Origin: Steroidobacteraceae bacterium
GTDB lineage: Bacteria; Pseudomonadota; Gammaproteobacteria; Steroidobacterales; Steroidobacteraceae
Assembly: GCA_049513515.1 (NCBI GenBank)
Contig: JBEKWA010000002.1
Coordinates: forward strand, 117,129-149,128
DNA: 32,000 nt
Direction of reading: 5' to 3'
Shown one piece after another: positions 8,920-17,617 of the stretch. Made by a program: the position numbers and the translations under genes. Positions within the stretch are counted from its first letter, which is position 1; every line of letters starts with the position of its first letter. The notes under the pieces were generated by a model. The model made no database searches. It was given only the letters and a program-made list of their open reading frames with translations, and was not told the origin of the DNA.

Positions 8920-10298
8920 CGGTTCATCGTGGGGCGCACGGCGAAAGCCCTGCGCCCCAGAAGAAACAGCGGCCAGCCGGTGAGCAGGATCGCGAAGCCC
9001 GCGAGCCCGATGCGCGGATCCACCGAGAATGCGCGCGCGGCCACGGCCAGCAAGCTGGCGATATACAAGACGGGCAACAGCGGATATCCGCGCATCCTGT
9101 AACCGCCTTCACCCGTGCGCCGGCGTCTCAAGACGAACAAGGTCGAGGCCACCGCCGCGATCGTGAGCGTATCGGTGAAGATGATGTAATCGAGCAGCTT
9201 CTCGAACGAGCCGAGCATGAACGCGGGCACGAGCATGGTCGCGGCGAAGAACGCGAGCCCGGCATCCTGAATCTGGGTGCGGGGATTGACTCGCAAAAAG
9301 GCGCGCGGCAGCACGCCGTCCTCGGCCATCGCGTAATAGCTGCGGGGCATTTGCAAAATCGTCGCGTTGACGAACCCGGCCGCGGAGAGAAAGACCGCGA
9401 CCGAGATCAGCGTCTCGCCGCCGGGACCGAAGGTCGCGCGCGCGAGCGCAGCGGCGGCGAGATCCGAGCGCGCGATGCCGCCGATGCCGAGCGCACGCTG
9501 ATAGCCGATGTTGAGCAGCAAGTAGAGCGCGATTACGACCAGCATCCCTCCCGCGATCGCCCTCGGAAAGCGACTCTTGGCATTCTTCAGATCGGCACCG
9601 AGATTCATGGTGAGCTGATAGCCGCCGTACGCGTAGAAGCACGGAATGAGCGCGGCGCTGAGCCGCAGCGCGAGAGGCGAAGCGGGCGCGACTCCCGCTC
9701 CGGCGGTGGCATGCGGCGCGAGCGCGATCGCGGTGACGGCGAGCCCCACGATCATCAGAATCTTCAGGCCGGACAACGCGTTCTGCGCGTGCGCGCCCGG
9801 CTTTATGCCGCGATAGTTCAGCGCGAGCAGCGCGAGCATGGTGCCGAGCGCGACGGCGAAGGATGCCTTCGGCGTCTGCCAGTGAGTCGGCAGCACGACG
9901 GGCACCAGAAAGTCTGCGCCGATGAAGGCGACTGCCGCGGCGCCCGCTCCCTGCATCAGGGTCTGTGCCCAGTTCAGCATGAACGCAGGTGTCGCGCCGT
10001 AGCAATCCGCGACCACGCGGTAATAGCCGCCGGCGCGCGGATAGCGCGATCCGATCTCGGCGAAGGTCAAGGCGCCGATGAGGCTGATGAGCCCCGCCGT
10101 GATCCAGGCTGCATAGAACACCGGCGTATCGCCCGCGCCGCGCGCGACGATGGCGGGGGTGCGGAAAATCCCGATGCCCACCACGAGGCTGAAGACCACC
10201 ATGGACACATCGAACGCGGAGAGCCGCGCCTCGATGGGTGTCGAGTCAGGAGCGGCACTCACGCAGTGCTTCCTCCAGCAGCGCCGCGAGATGCGCAA
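8916..10298 (-). CDS. APC-superfamily amino acid/polyamine permease
   Basis: The 460 aa protein is polytopic. TM1 carries the motif LSAFDVSMVVFSLVVGIGIFRTP, and TFAEIGSRYPRAGGYY is also present. The start is uncertain. The ATG at 10298 overlaps the upstream gene by 53 nt, and the in-frame GTG at 10262 overlaps it by 17 nt. Confidence 0.85.
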   Translation of the reverse strand: MRISRRCWRKHCVSAAPDSTPIEARLSAFDVSMVVFSLVVGIGIFRTPAIVARGAGDTPVFYAAWITAGLISLIGALTFAEIGSRYPRAGGYYRVVADCYGATPAFMLNWAQTLMQGAGAAAVAFIGADFLVPVVLPTHWQTPKASFAVALGTMLALLALNYRGIKPGAHAQNALSGLKILMIVGLAVTAIALAPHATAGAGVAPASPLALRLSAALIPCFYAYGGYQLTMNLGADLKNAKSRFPRAIAGGMLVVIALYLLLNIGYQRALGIGGIARSDLAAAALARATFGPGGETLISVAVFLSAAGFVNATILQMPRSYYAMAEDGVLPRAFLRVNPRTQIQDAGLAFFAATMLVPAFMLGSFEKLLDYIIFTDTLTIAAVASTLFVLRRRRTGEGGYRMRGYPLLPVLYIASLLAVAARAFSVDPRIGLAGFAILLTGWPLFLLGRRAFAVRPTMNR

Positions 10299-11442
10299 AT
10301 TGGTCGAGATGGTTATAGAGCTGCGCAGACACGCGCACGAGCGGCACGGGATCGGAATGCAGCCATGCCTCCACGCCGTGCGCCCGGAGCCAATCGTGCA
10401 ACGCCTGCGTGTCGTGCACGGCGCCGTCAGGGTCCTGGGGCAGCGGAACGGAGGCCATCGAGCCGATCATGCGGTCCGGCGCGGCGGCCTTTAAGGACAG
10501 GCGCTCGAGGAGCGCGCCACGAGCGCGCAGCGCGAGACGGTGATTCGTCTGCATCACCTGCGACCATCCGCCGGGCAACAGGCCGCCGATGTGGCGCAAA
10601 GCCGCCGGAATGCACAGCCAGGGCGTGGGATCCTGTGTGCCGGTCCAGTCGAATTCCGCGTGAAAGCCGGCCGTATAACCGTGGCTGATCACGTTGGGAT
10701 GCACGCCCGCCTGCCGGTCCTTGCGCACGTGCAGGAACGCAGCGCCCTTGGGCGCGCACAACCATTTGTGCGCGTTCCCCGTGTAATAGGCGGCGCCGAT
10801 ATCACCAAGACCCAGCGGCACCATCCCGGGAGCATGAGCACCGTCGACCAGGGTATCGATGCCGCGCGCGCCGAGTGCTTCGACCAGGCGCCGCACCGGC
10901 AGAATCAGTGCGGTCGGACTCGTGACGTGATCGATCAACGCCACGCGTGTCCGTGGGGAGGCGGCGCGCAACACGGCCTCGACTATGGACTCCTCGTCGG
11001 GACAGGGAAACGGCAGCGTGGCGCTGACCACGCGCGCTCCCGAGCGCCGCGCGACGAAATCCACGGTCTTGCGGCAGGCCGCGTAGGTATGGTTGGTGAC
11101 CAGGATCTCGTCCGTCGAGGCGAGATGTAAGGAACGCAAGACCGCGTTCACGCCCGCCGTGGCATTCGACACGAATGCGAGGTCCGCGGCTGCGGCACCG
11201 AGGAACGCTGCCAGCGCATCGCGTGCGGCATCGAGTCGCGCCGGCAGGGTGCCCGCGAGAAAATCCACGGGCTCGCGCTCCATTTCCGCCCGCAGCGCCG
11301 CCTGTTCGGCGAGGACCGCGGTCGGGCACGCGCCGAAAGAGCCGTGGTTCAAGTAGGCGACGGCGGGATCGAGGCCCCACAGGGCGGAGAAATTCGTTAG
11401 GATTTCGGGCAAAGCAACGCGACTCCCAAGAAGGTGCTCCAA
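10246..11442 (-). CDS. class V-fold PLP-dependent aminotransferase, isopenicillin-N-epimerase-like
   Basis: This is the 10246..11865 ORF trimmed. The conserved N-terminus is LDPAVAYLNHGSFGACP, and NAHKWLCAPKGAAFL supplies the PLP lysine context. There is no ATG between the family-conserved N-terminus and the divergent GST gene, so the start must be TTG at 11442 or TTG at 11412. The latter has GGGAG 10 nt upstream. Confidence 0.8.
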   Translation of the reverse strand: MEHLLGSRVALPEILTNFSALWGLDPAVAYLNHGSFGACPTAVLAEQAALRAEMEREPVDFLAGTLPARLDAARDALAAFLGAAAADLAFVSNATAGVNAVLRSLHLASTDEILVTNHTYAACRKTVDFVARRSGARVVSATLPFPCPDEESIVEAVLRAASPRTRVALIDHVTSPTALILPVRRLVEALGARGIDTLVDGAHAPGMVPLGLGDIGAAYYTGNAHKWLCAPKGAAFLHVRKDRQAGVHPNVISHGYTAGFHAEFDWTGTQDPTPWLCIPAALRHIGGLLPGGWSQVMQTNHRLALRARGALLERLSLKAAAPDRMIGSMASVPLPQDPDGAVHDTQALHDWLRAHGVEAWLHSDPVPLVRVSAQLYNHLDQFAHLAALLEEALRECRS

Positions 11443-11481
11443 CGCTTTCGCGGAATTCTCCCACAAACACGGAGGAACGAA

Positions 11482-12207
11482 ATGAACTACCAACTCTACT
11501 ACTGGCCCACGATTCAAGGCCGCGGCGAGTTCGTGCGGCTGGCGCTCGAGGAGGCGGGGGCACTCTATAGCGACGTTGCGCGCGAGTCGGGGCGCGGCGC
11601 CGGTGTGTCCGCGCTGCTCGCGCTGATGCAGGGACGGCGGCTCGCGCGACCGCCGTTCGCACCCCCCTTCCTCAAGGCGGGGCGGCTCGTCATCGGACAG
11701 ACGGCCAATATCCTGCAGTTTCTCGGAGCGCGGCACGGCCTCGCGCCACGCGAGGAGGGCGGGCGACTCTGGGTCCATCAACTGCAGCTCACCGTGATGG
11801 ACTTCGTGGTCGAGATCCACGACACGCATCATCCGATATCGGGCAACCTCTATTTTCAGCAGCAACGTAAGGAAGCGCGGCGCCGGAGCGCCGACTTCTT
11901 GAAGAGCCGCGCGCCGAAGTTCCTCGGCTATTTCGAGGATGTCATGGCGCGCAACGGCCGGCAGGCGCGCTTTCTCCTCGGCGCGAGACTCAGCTACGGG
12001 GACCTGTCGATATTCCAGATAATCGCCGGCCTGAGCTATGCATTTCCGCAGGCGAGCGCCAAGTTTGCACGCCGTTACCGGAGGCTCTTCGCGCTACACG
12101 AGCGAGTGCAAGAGCGCCCACGCATCGCGGCCTATCTCGCCTCGCCGCGCCGTATCGCCTTCAACAACGAGGGCATTTTCCGTCACTATCCGGAGCTCGA
12201 CGCATGA
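11482..12207 (+). CDS. glutathione S-transferase family protein
   Basis: The ATG at 11482 is preceded by GGAGGA. The N-terminus MNYQLYYWPTIQGRGEFVRLALEEAG is a thioredoxin-like GST N-domain. A helical C-domain contains SYGDLSIFQ. The protein is 241 aa. Confidence 0.8.
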   Translation: MNYQLYYWPTIQGRGEFVRLALEEAGALYSDVARESGRGAGVSALLALMQGRRLARPPFAPPFLKAGRLVIGQTANILQFLGARHGLAPREEGGRLWVHQLQLTVMDFVVEIHDTHHPISGNLYFQQQRKEARRRSADFLKSRAPKFLGYFEDVMARNGRQARFLLGARLSYGDLSIFQIIAGLSYAFPQASAKFARRYRRLFALHERVQERPRIAAYLASPRRIAFNNEGIFRHYPELDA

Positions 12208-12233
12208 CGGCCTGAGCGCAGGCGCCGGGCAAC

Positions 12234-14585
12234 TCAGGACCAGTCGAGCTCGAACTGGCGCGCATCGCCGATCACGCGCTCGAAGTTCAGCCCGAGCGTG
12301 TCGAGTACGGGTTCCGCGACCGGCCTGATCTGCTTCTCGACATAGTGCTCGCGGTCGAGCGGATGGCGCAGATTGTCGAGCGGCTCGGCGCCCGCCGTGG
12401 TCACGACGTAGCGGATGGATCTCCCGCTCGCCTGCCGGGACTTACGCGCCGCGGCGACATGCGGCGGAGTCGTCGCGGTGTACTCTCCGGTCCCCTTGCG
12501 CAAGTTCTTGTGATAGACGAGCTCCTCGTCGAGCTCACCGCGACGCACGCGGGCGACGATTTCGGCCAGATAGGCATCCACCGGCCGACTCGAAAACAAG
12601 CGCTCGTAGAGCTCGCGCTGCACGCGCTTCGCGAGGAGCGTCGCGTCGCGGCGGATGACCTCCATGCCGACGAATTCGACCGACCCGGCGCCGACGGCCG
12701 AGTAGACCAGACCCGCGTAGCGCTTGCTCGCGCCGCGGGTGCTGTGACGGGCGCGCGGCAGGAACAGCTTCAGATAGAGCTTTTCGAACTCGAGCTCGAG
12801 ACGACTGCGCACACGCCAACGGTCCTCGACGTACCGCTCGAGATCGCGACCGAGCTCGGCGGCGAGCCGCGCGGCCTCGGCGTACGCCCGCCGCGGATCG
12901 CTCTCGGCGGAGCGCACGAACAGGCTGTCCGTGTCGCCGTACAACACGGTGAATCCCGCGGCCTCGAACCATTGCTTCGACCAGAGCAGCAGATGCTTAC
13001 CCATGCCCGTGATGGAGTTGGCGAGCGCGGGATTGAAGAAGCGGCACGCCGAGGTCCCGAGCACGCCGTAGAACGAGTTCATCAGGATCTTGATGGCGTG
13101 TGCAGCCACATCGTCGCCGCGGCGCTTGGCCGCCTCGCGCCGCGGGAAGAGCTCGTCCAGGAGTCGCGGCAGGATGGCGGATTCGCGGCGAAATGCCCCT
13201 TCGGTCGTGCGGATCAAATCCAGATCCGGCGCCGGATCGGCGACGTAGCTCACGGGATCGATGTTGAAAGTGCGGATGATGCTGGGGTACAGACTCTTGA
13301 AATCGAAGACCCAAACGTTCGCATGCAGACCCGTTTCGGGCTCGAGCACGTGGCCGCCCTGCTGCGCGACGTGCACGCGCGAGTCGCCGCCGCGCACGCT
13401 CGGGGCGACGATCCGTGCGCGCTCGAGCTCGGACAAATAGAGAAAATCAAAGGAGGCGATGCTGGCCGCGACCCGATCGGGCGTCATTCCGGTGAGCTGA
13501 CTGCGCGCAAAGGCCAGCTCAATGAGGCGCAACTTCTCGACCACGCCCAAGGCGAGCCGCGCATCCGTGCGGGCATAGAGCGCGAAAGCCGGAAGAGCGT
13601 GCTCGTAGTTGTGCAAAATTTCCGCCAGGCGGTCGTGGGCGGGGCCCGCCACGGCTTTGCCCTCGCCGAGCACTTCACGCGCCACGGCATCGAGCGAATA
13701 ATCGTCCATGCGGATGAATGCGCCGCGCAGCAGATCGATGCCGTCGAGCACGAGGCGTCCCGGAATACTCGCCTGGCCGCTGCCGAAATAGCCTTCGGCC
13801 TTGCGGATCCGCATGGCGCCCTGATCTCTCCCGAGCTCGAGCGTGTGACCCACGCGCGCGGCGATGCGTTCGAGCACCGTGAGATCGAAATCGATGAGGT
13901 TCCAGCCGGTGAGCACGTCCGGATCGAGCGAGCGAACTCGCGCCGCGAATGCCTCGAGCGCGGCCGCCTCGGTCGCACAGCGCTCGGCTCGCTCGGGCAT
14001 CGGCCGGTCGGTCGCATCGACGATGAGCACCACATCGGTTCCCAGGCCGAACAACGATATCGCCAGCAGGCGCTCCCCCCGCGCGTCCGTCTCGATGTCG
14101 AAGGAGAGCACGCGCGGCACGATCTGCACGTCGGCGGGATGGAGATCCGGGTTGTGGAATACCACCCCGCCCGCGCCGGGAGCGGAGTCCCCCTCGATCT
14201 CGCAACCTCCCTTGATGCCGCGCTCGATCAAGTACCGCGAGGCGAAGCGGACGTCGGCTTCGAAGGTATCGATCTTGGCAGCGTGCAACTTGTCGCGCAC
14301 CGGGGGCACATCCGACGGCACCTCCACATCGACGCGGCACACGGGCTCGCCGGCGAACGTGCGTTTGTCGACGGGCTGCGGCGGCGGCAGGGTCTTCACG
14401 GCGCTTGCGCGCGATGCATCGGCCGCGCGCAGGTAGAAATGCGGGCGCTGTCGATCGTCCCGCACCAGAAACGCGACGCCGTCCTCCAGTCGGCCGTACA
14501 AATGCACCACGGGCTGCCGCGGACCGTCGGGAGTCGATATGACGCGGTAGGTTGCCTGAAGAATGAAGCCCCGTGCCCTGGCCAT
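12234..14585 (-). CDS. polB: DNA polymerase II (family B)
   Basis: Motifs present are LSFDIETD (ExoI), FKSLYPSII (motif A), KILMNSFYG (motif B) and YGDTDSLFV (motif C). The start is set at the ATG at 14585 because MARARGFILQ aligns with the remembered E. coli Pol II N-terminus MAQAGFIL. The ORF-track start at 14603 is a TTG. Confidence 0.93.
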   Translation of the reverse strand: MARARGFILQATYRVISTPDGPRQPVVHLYGRLEDGVAFLVRDDRQRPHFYLRAADASRASAVKTLPPPQPVDKRTFAGEPVCRVDVEVPSDVPPVRDKLHAAKIDTFEADVRFASRYLIERGIKGGCEIEGDSAPGAGGVVFHNPDLHPADVQIVPRVLSFDIETDARGERLLAISLFGLGTDVVLIVDATDRPMPERAERCATEAAALEAFAARVRSLDPDVLTGWNLIDFDLTVLERIAARVGHTLELGRDQGAMRIRKAEGYFGSGQASIPGRLVLDGIDLLRGAFIRMDDYSLDAVAREVLGEGKAVAGPAHDRLAEILHNYEHALPAFALYARTDARLALGVVEKLRLIELAFARSQLTGMTPDRVAASIASFDFLYLSELERARIVAPSVRGGDSRVHVAQQGGHVLEPETGLHANVWVFDFKSLYPSIIRTFNIDPVSYVADPAPDLDLIRTTEGAFRRESAILPRLLDELFPRREAAKRRGDDVAAHAIKILMNSFYGVLGTSACRFFNPALANSITGMGKHLLLWSKQWFEAAGFTVLYGDTDSLFVRSAESDPRRAYAEAARLAAELGRDLERYVEDRWRVRSRLELEFEKLYLKLFLPRARHSTRGASKRYAGLVYSAVGAGSVEFVGMEVIRRDATLLAKRVQRELYERLFSSRPVDAYLAEIVARVRRGELDEELVYHKNLRKGTGEYTATTPPHVAAARKSRQASGRSIRYVVTTAGAEPLDNLRHPLDREHYVEKQIRPVAEPVLDTLGLNFERVIGDARQFELDWS

Positions 14586-14718
14586 GCCGCCATTGTGCCT
14601 CAACGGACCACCGCGAATTGAACTTAAGATGTCATGGCGCGACTGAGAGGTAATACCGATCTCGCTCCCGGGTCATTGGGTACCCTTGCGTTTCCATAAT
14701 CCGAGCTCCGGGGCGTCG

Positions 14719-15849
14719 ATGGCACTCACCGAGGATCAGGCAAAGTCCTACATCGTCAAATTGCTGACCGCCATGAGCTCGGCGGGCGGCTCGGATCTTT
14801 TCATCTCCAAGGACTTCCCGCCGAGCATGAAATTGCAGGGCGCCATGAAGCCCCTGATCAACCAGAAGCTCTCCGGGGAGCAGGCCCGCGAACTAGCGCA
14901 TGCGCTGATGAACGATCGACAGCGGGAGGAATTCGCCCGGGATCTCGAGGCGAACTTCGCCATCTCCATTCCGGGCGTGTCGCGCTTTCGGGTCAACGTG
15001 TTCGTGCAGCAGCAGAACGTCGGCATGGTGGTCCGTACCATCGTCAACGACATTCCGAATCTCAAGCAGCTGGCGCTGCCCCCGATCCTCGAGGAGATCG
15101 TGATGACCAAGCGCGGCCTGGTGCTCGTGGTCGGCGCCACGGGCTCGGGCAAGTCGACGTCGCTCGCCGCCATGATTCATCATCGAAATTGCTCCTCGGC
15201 CGGGCACATCGTCACCGTCGAGGACCCCGTGGAGTTCGTGCATCAGTCGCAGCAATCCCTCATCACTCATCGCGAGGTCGGCATCGATACCCACTCCTGG
15301 CACAACGCCCTCAAGAACACGCTGCGCCAGGCACCGGACGTCATTCTCATCGGCGAGATCCGCGACACCGAGACCATGGAGCACGCGATTGCCTTCGCCG
15401 AGACCGGGCATCTGTGCCTCGGTACTTTGCATTCGAACAGCGCCAATCAGACCATCGATCGCATCATCAATTTCTTCAGCGAGGAGCGGCGCAAGCAGCT
15501 TCTCATGGATCTCTCCAGCAACCTGCGGGCCATCATCTCGCAGCGGCTCATCCGTACCGAGGACGGGAAGGGACGGCGGGCCGCCATGGAAATCTTGATC
15601 AACACGCCCATCATCGCGGACAAGCTCCTCAAGGGAGAGTTTCACGAGATCAAAAGCATCATGCAGAAATCGCGCGAGCTCGGGATGTTGACCTTCGATG
15701 CGTCTCTGTTCGAGCTCTACGACGAGGGCGCGATTGCGTACGACGAGGCGATCCGCAATGCGGACTCCGCCAACGAGCTGCGCCTCAACATCAAGCTGCA
15801 CAGCAAGCGGGGTGCTCCGGCGCCCGCCCTGCAGGTGGCCGCCGGTTGA
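14719..15849 (+). CDS. pilU: PilT/PilU-family type IVa pilus retraction-type ATPase, PilU-like
   Basis: The start is set at the ATG at 14719 (MALTEDQ), whereas the ORF-track start at 14686 is a TTG. Motifs present are Walker A GATGSGKST, Walker B DVILIGEIRD and the His box TGHLCLGTLHSNSA. The C-terminal ADSANELRLNIKL closely resembles my recollection of P. aeruginosa PilU. Confidence 0.85.
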   Translation: MALTEDQAKSYIVKLLTAMSSAGGSDLFISKDFPPSMKLQGAMKPLINQKLSGEQARELAHALMNDRQREEFARDLEANFAISIPGVSRFRVNVFVQQQNVGMVVRTIVNDIPNLKQLALPPILEEIVMTKRGLVLVVGATGSGKSTSLAAMIHHRNCSSAGHIVTVEDPVEFVHQSQQSLITHREVGIDTHSWHNALKNTLRQAPDVILIGEIRDTETMEHAIAFAETGHLCLGTLHSNSANQTIDRIINFFSEERRKQLLMDLSSNLRAIISQRLIRTEDGKGRRAAMEILINTPIIADKLLKGEFHEIKSIMQKSRELGMLTFDASLFELYDEGAIAYDEAIRNADSANELRLNIKLHSKRGAPAPALQVAAG

Positions 15850-15885
15850 GCACGCGAGCGGTGCTGCAACGCAACCAGCCCCGGA

Positions 15886-16272
15886 TCAGCGAGCGGGCGC
15901 GGAGAAATCCTGGATGGAAATGCCGAGAATCGATTCGACGCAGCGCCTGAATTCGGCCCGGTTCCATCGGGCGGTGCCCCGTCCGATGAGAGCGGAGACC
16001 TTGTCGAATTGGCTCTTGCTTATGTTGGTGACGCCCGCCACGACGACGCGCAAGCCCGGTGACGCCGGTACCGCGGCGACGAACACGGCGATCTGAAGAT
16101 CGAAGAATTCCGCAAATCGCGGCGAGGGGTTATCGCCGCGTTGCGCCCGTAGGAATGCGTCGATTTTCGGCTGGTTCGGCACGCGCCTGAGAAAACTGAG
16201 GCGTTCCGCGCTACTCGCGCAGTCGGGCAGGCTTGCCTCCTGAAATAGCAGATTGTGTCCGGTCTCGATCAC
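15886..16272 (-). CDS. hypothetical protein (128 aa) with a possible degenerate XRE-type HTH at the C-terminus
   Basis: This is a GTG-start ORF in a visibly lower-GC stretch. Its third codon positions are still GC-biased, which supports coding. The C-terminal SKSQFDKVSALIGRGTARWNRAEFRRCVESILGISIQDF loosely resembles a Cro/C1 HTH. I recognise no family. Confidence 0.4.
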   Translation of the reverse strand: MIETGHNLLFQEASLPDCASSAERLSFLRRVPNQPKIDAFLRAQRGDNPSPRFAEFFDLQIAVFVAAVPASPGLRVVVAGVTNISKSQFDKVSALIGRGTARWNRAEFRRCVESILGISIQDFSAPAR

Positions 16273-16372
16273 GGGAACCTCAAGCGACTAGCCCCGATAT
16301 TGATCGGAATGGACGCGAGTCTCAAGTCGCGCAGCAGCGCGGTCGCTCAGTGCGCCGCGAAGCGCGTCAGTG

Positions 16373-17467
16373 CTAATGCGGCAGCCGGATCACCAGCAAG
16401 TTGTTGGTCACATCGTCGACGACGGCGAAGTTCAAGGCGCCGTCCTCGTCCACGCGCGTGTCGATCCCGAATGCGCCGCCCTGGCTGGCATCCACGTCGT
16501 ACTCCCGGACGAAATCGCCCCAGCGGGTGAATTCGACGATCTCGCTCGGGTGCAGCGGATCCGCATTGACCGCATCTCCATTGACCGTCAGCAAGTGCCC
16601 ATTCGGGGCGAACCGCAGGGCGAGCGGGCCGCGTAGATGCTCATTGGCGAACACCACCGCTCCCTTGTCCTTCGCATTCGATCTGTGTTTCGCATTCGGC
16701 ACAGAATAGATCGCATTGTCGTTGGTCGAGGCCACGTACAGCGTATCGGTGCCTGCGTCGTAGGCGAGTCCCGTCGGCCCCAACACCACCGCCGCCGCAT
16801 TCGGGACGTGCGAATAGCCCTCGGCAATCGTCGTGATCTGCTCCAGGGTCACGTTGCTCGAGCCCACCGATACGTCGAGCCGGGAAACCGTACCGTTCAA
16901 CACGTTGGACACGAAGATATGAGCATAGCTGCCGAGGTCATCGATGGTGAGATCCCAGGGTCCGTCGAGAAACACCGGATCGGTCCATGTCTGGATCAGC
17001 TTGCCGTGTCGATCGATCACCTGCAGCGCGCCGCGACCTATCGTGGCGAATGTACCGTCCTTCGTCGACACGTTGCCCACGACGACAAATCCGCCGCGCA
17101 GCACGCCAAGCGCCGTCGAGAGCCCGGGAAGCTTGCTGGTGAAGAACGCGATCGCCGTGCCCGGCGGGGCTATCGGACCGTGCGCCGGCTGGCGAACGAT
17201 GGTGGTTCCCGTTCCCTGGACATTACCGCTGTCGTTGAAGTTCGCCACCAGAACATCGCCGGCGGCAATGCCGCCGCCGCCAGGGAACCCGTCGGGCACG
17301 AATGCGACCCCATAAGGGTTGACGTCGCCGTTCGCAGGGATGGTCGAGGAGTTGATCGCAGCCGGTAGGAATGCGTCCTGCGCGAAGGCTCCGGTGAGTC
17401 CTGCCGTCAAGGCCAAACCCACAGCAAGGGTGATCCTCGACGCATGAGACTTCATGTTCGCTTTCAT
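16373..17467 (-). CDS. secreted beta-propeller (NHL/SGL-like repeat) protein of unknown function
   Basis: A GAAGAGGGA Shine-Dalgarno precedes the start. The signal peptide is MKANMKSHASRITLAVGLALTAGLTGAFA/QDA. Repeated strand-turn blade-like segments follow (DVNPYGVAFVP, GPWDLTIDD, PTGLAYDAGTDTLYVAS, GPLALRFAPNGHLL). The N-terminal blade motif resembles that of the 21310-23376 protein. Confidence 0.75.
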   Translation of the reverse strand: MKANMKSHASRITLAVGLALTAGLTGAFAQDAFLPAAINSSTIPANGDVNPYGVAFVPDGFPGGGGIAAGDVLVANFNDSGNVQGTGTTIVRQPAHGPIAPPGTAIAFFTSKLPGLSTALGVLRGGFVVVGNVSTKDGTFATIGRGALQVIDRHGKLIQTWTDPVFLDGPWDLTIDDLGSYAHIFVSNVLNGTVSRLDVSVGSSNVTLEQITTIAEGYSHVPNAAAVVLGPTGLAYDAGTDTLYVASTNDNAIYSVPNAKHRSNAKDKGAVVFANEHLRGPLALRFAPNGHLLTVNGDAVNADPLHPSEIVEFTRWGDFVREYDVDASQGGAFGIDTRVDEDGALNFAVVDDVTNNLLVIRLPH

Positions 17468-17617
17468 GGGTATCCCTCTTCATTCATTGTTGACGAACGT
17501 TCGATGACGGAACTGGTGTCGGTAGGTGCCGCGACGGCGGCGAAAGGTTTTACCCGGGCTCAAAATAAATGGATGAGGCAGCCCTCGAAGGGCATCGAGC
17601 CCTATAATGCGGCGTCG

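Noticed and set aside
12211-12238. The inverted repeat CCTGAG...CTCAGG lies between the convergent GST and polB genes and could be a terminator.
   Set aside because: It has only a 6 bp stem with a 16 nt loop, no T-run, and its second arm lies inside the polB stop region. This is too weak to call.
12345-14621. A 758 aa plus-strand ORF lies antisense to polB. Similar long antisense ORFs occur at 8745-10688 (+), 2044-3567 (+), 21322-22869 (-) and 80-715 (+).
   Set aside because: Their translations are Arg/Ala/Gly-rich and low in complexity, with no recognisable motifs. Each lies opposite a gene with strong family signatures. These are typical open-frame artefacts of GC-rich DNA.
14586-14718. 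I looked for a LexA/SOS box upstream of polB (CTGT-N8-ACAG or GAAC-N7-GTTC types).
   Set aside because: No such motif is present in the divergent polB-pilU intergenic region.
16275-16300. GAACC-N15-CGATAT occurs on the plus strand.
   Set aside because: It points into the 3' end of a minus-strand gene with no plausible plus-strand target, and its -10-like hexamer differs from GTTACT.
17525-17551. On the minus strand upstream of the secreted propeller gene there is AAAACC-N15-GGCACC, a partial match to the AACC-N15-GTTACT motif.
   Set aside because: The -35-like part and the spacing match, but only 3 of 6 positions of the -10-like hexamer agree. That is not enough to claim a third promoter.
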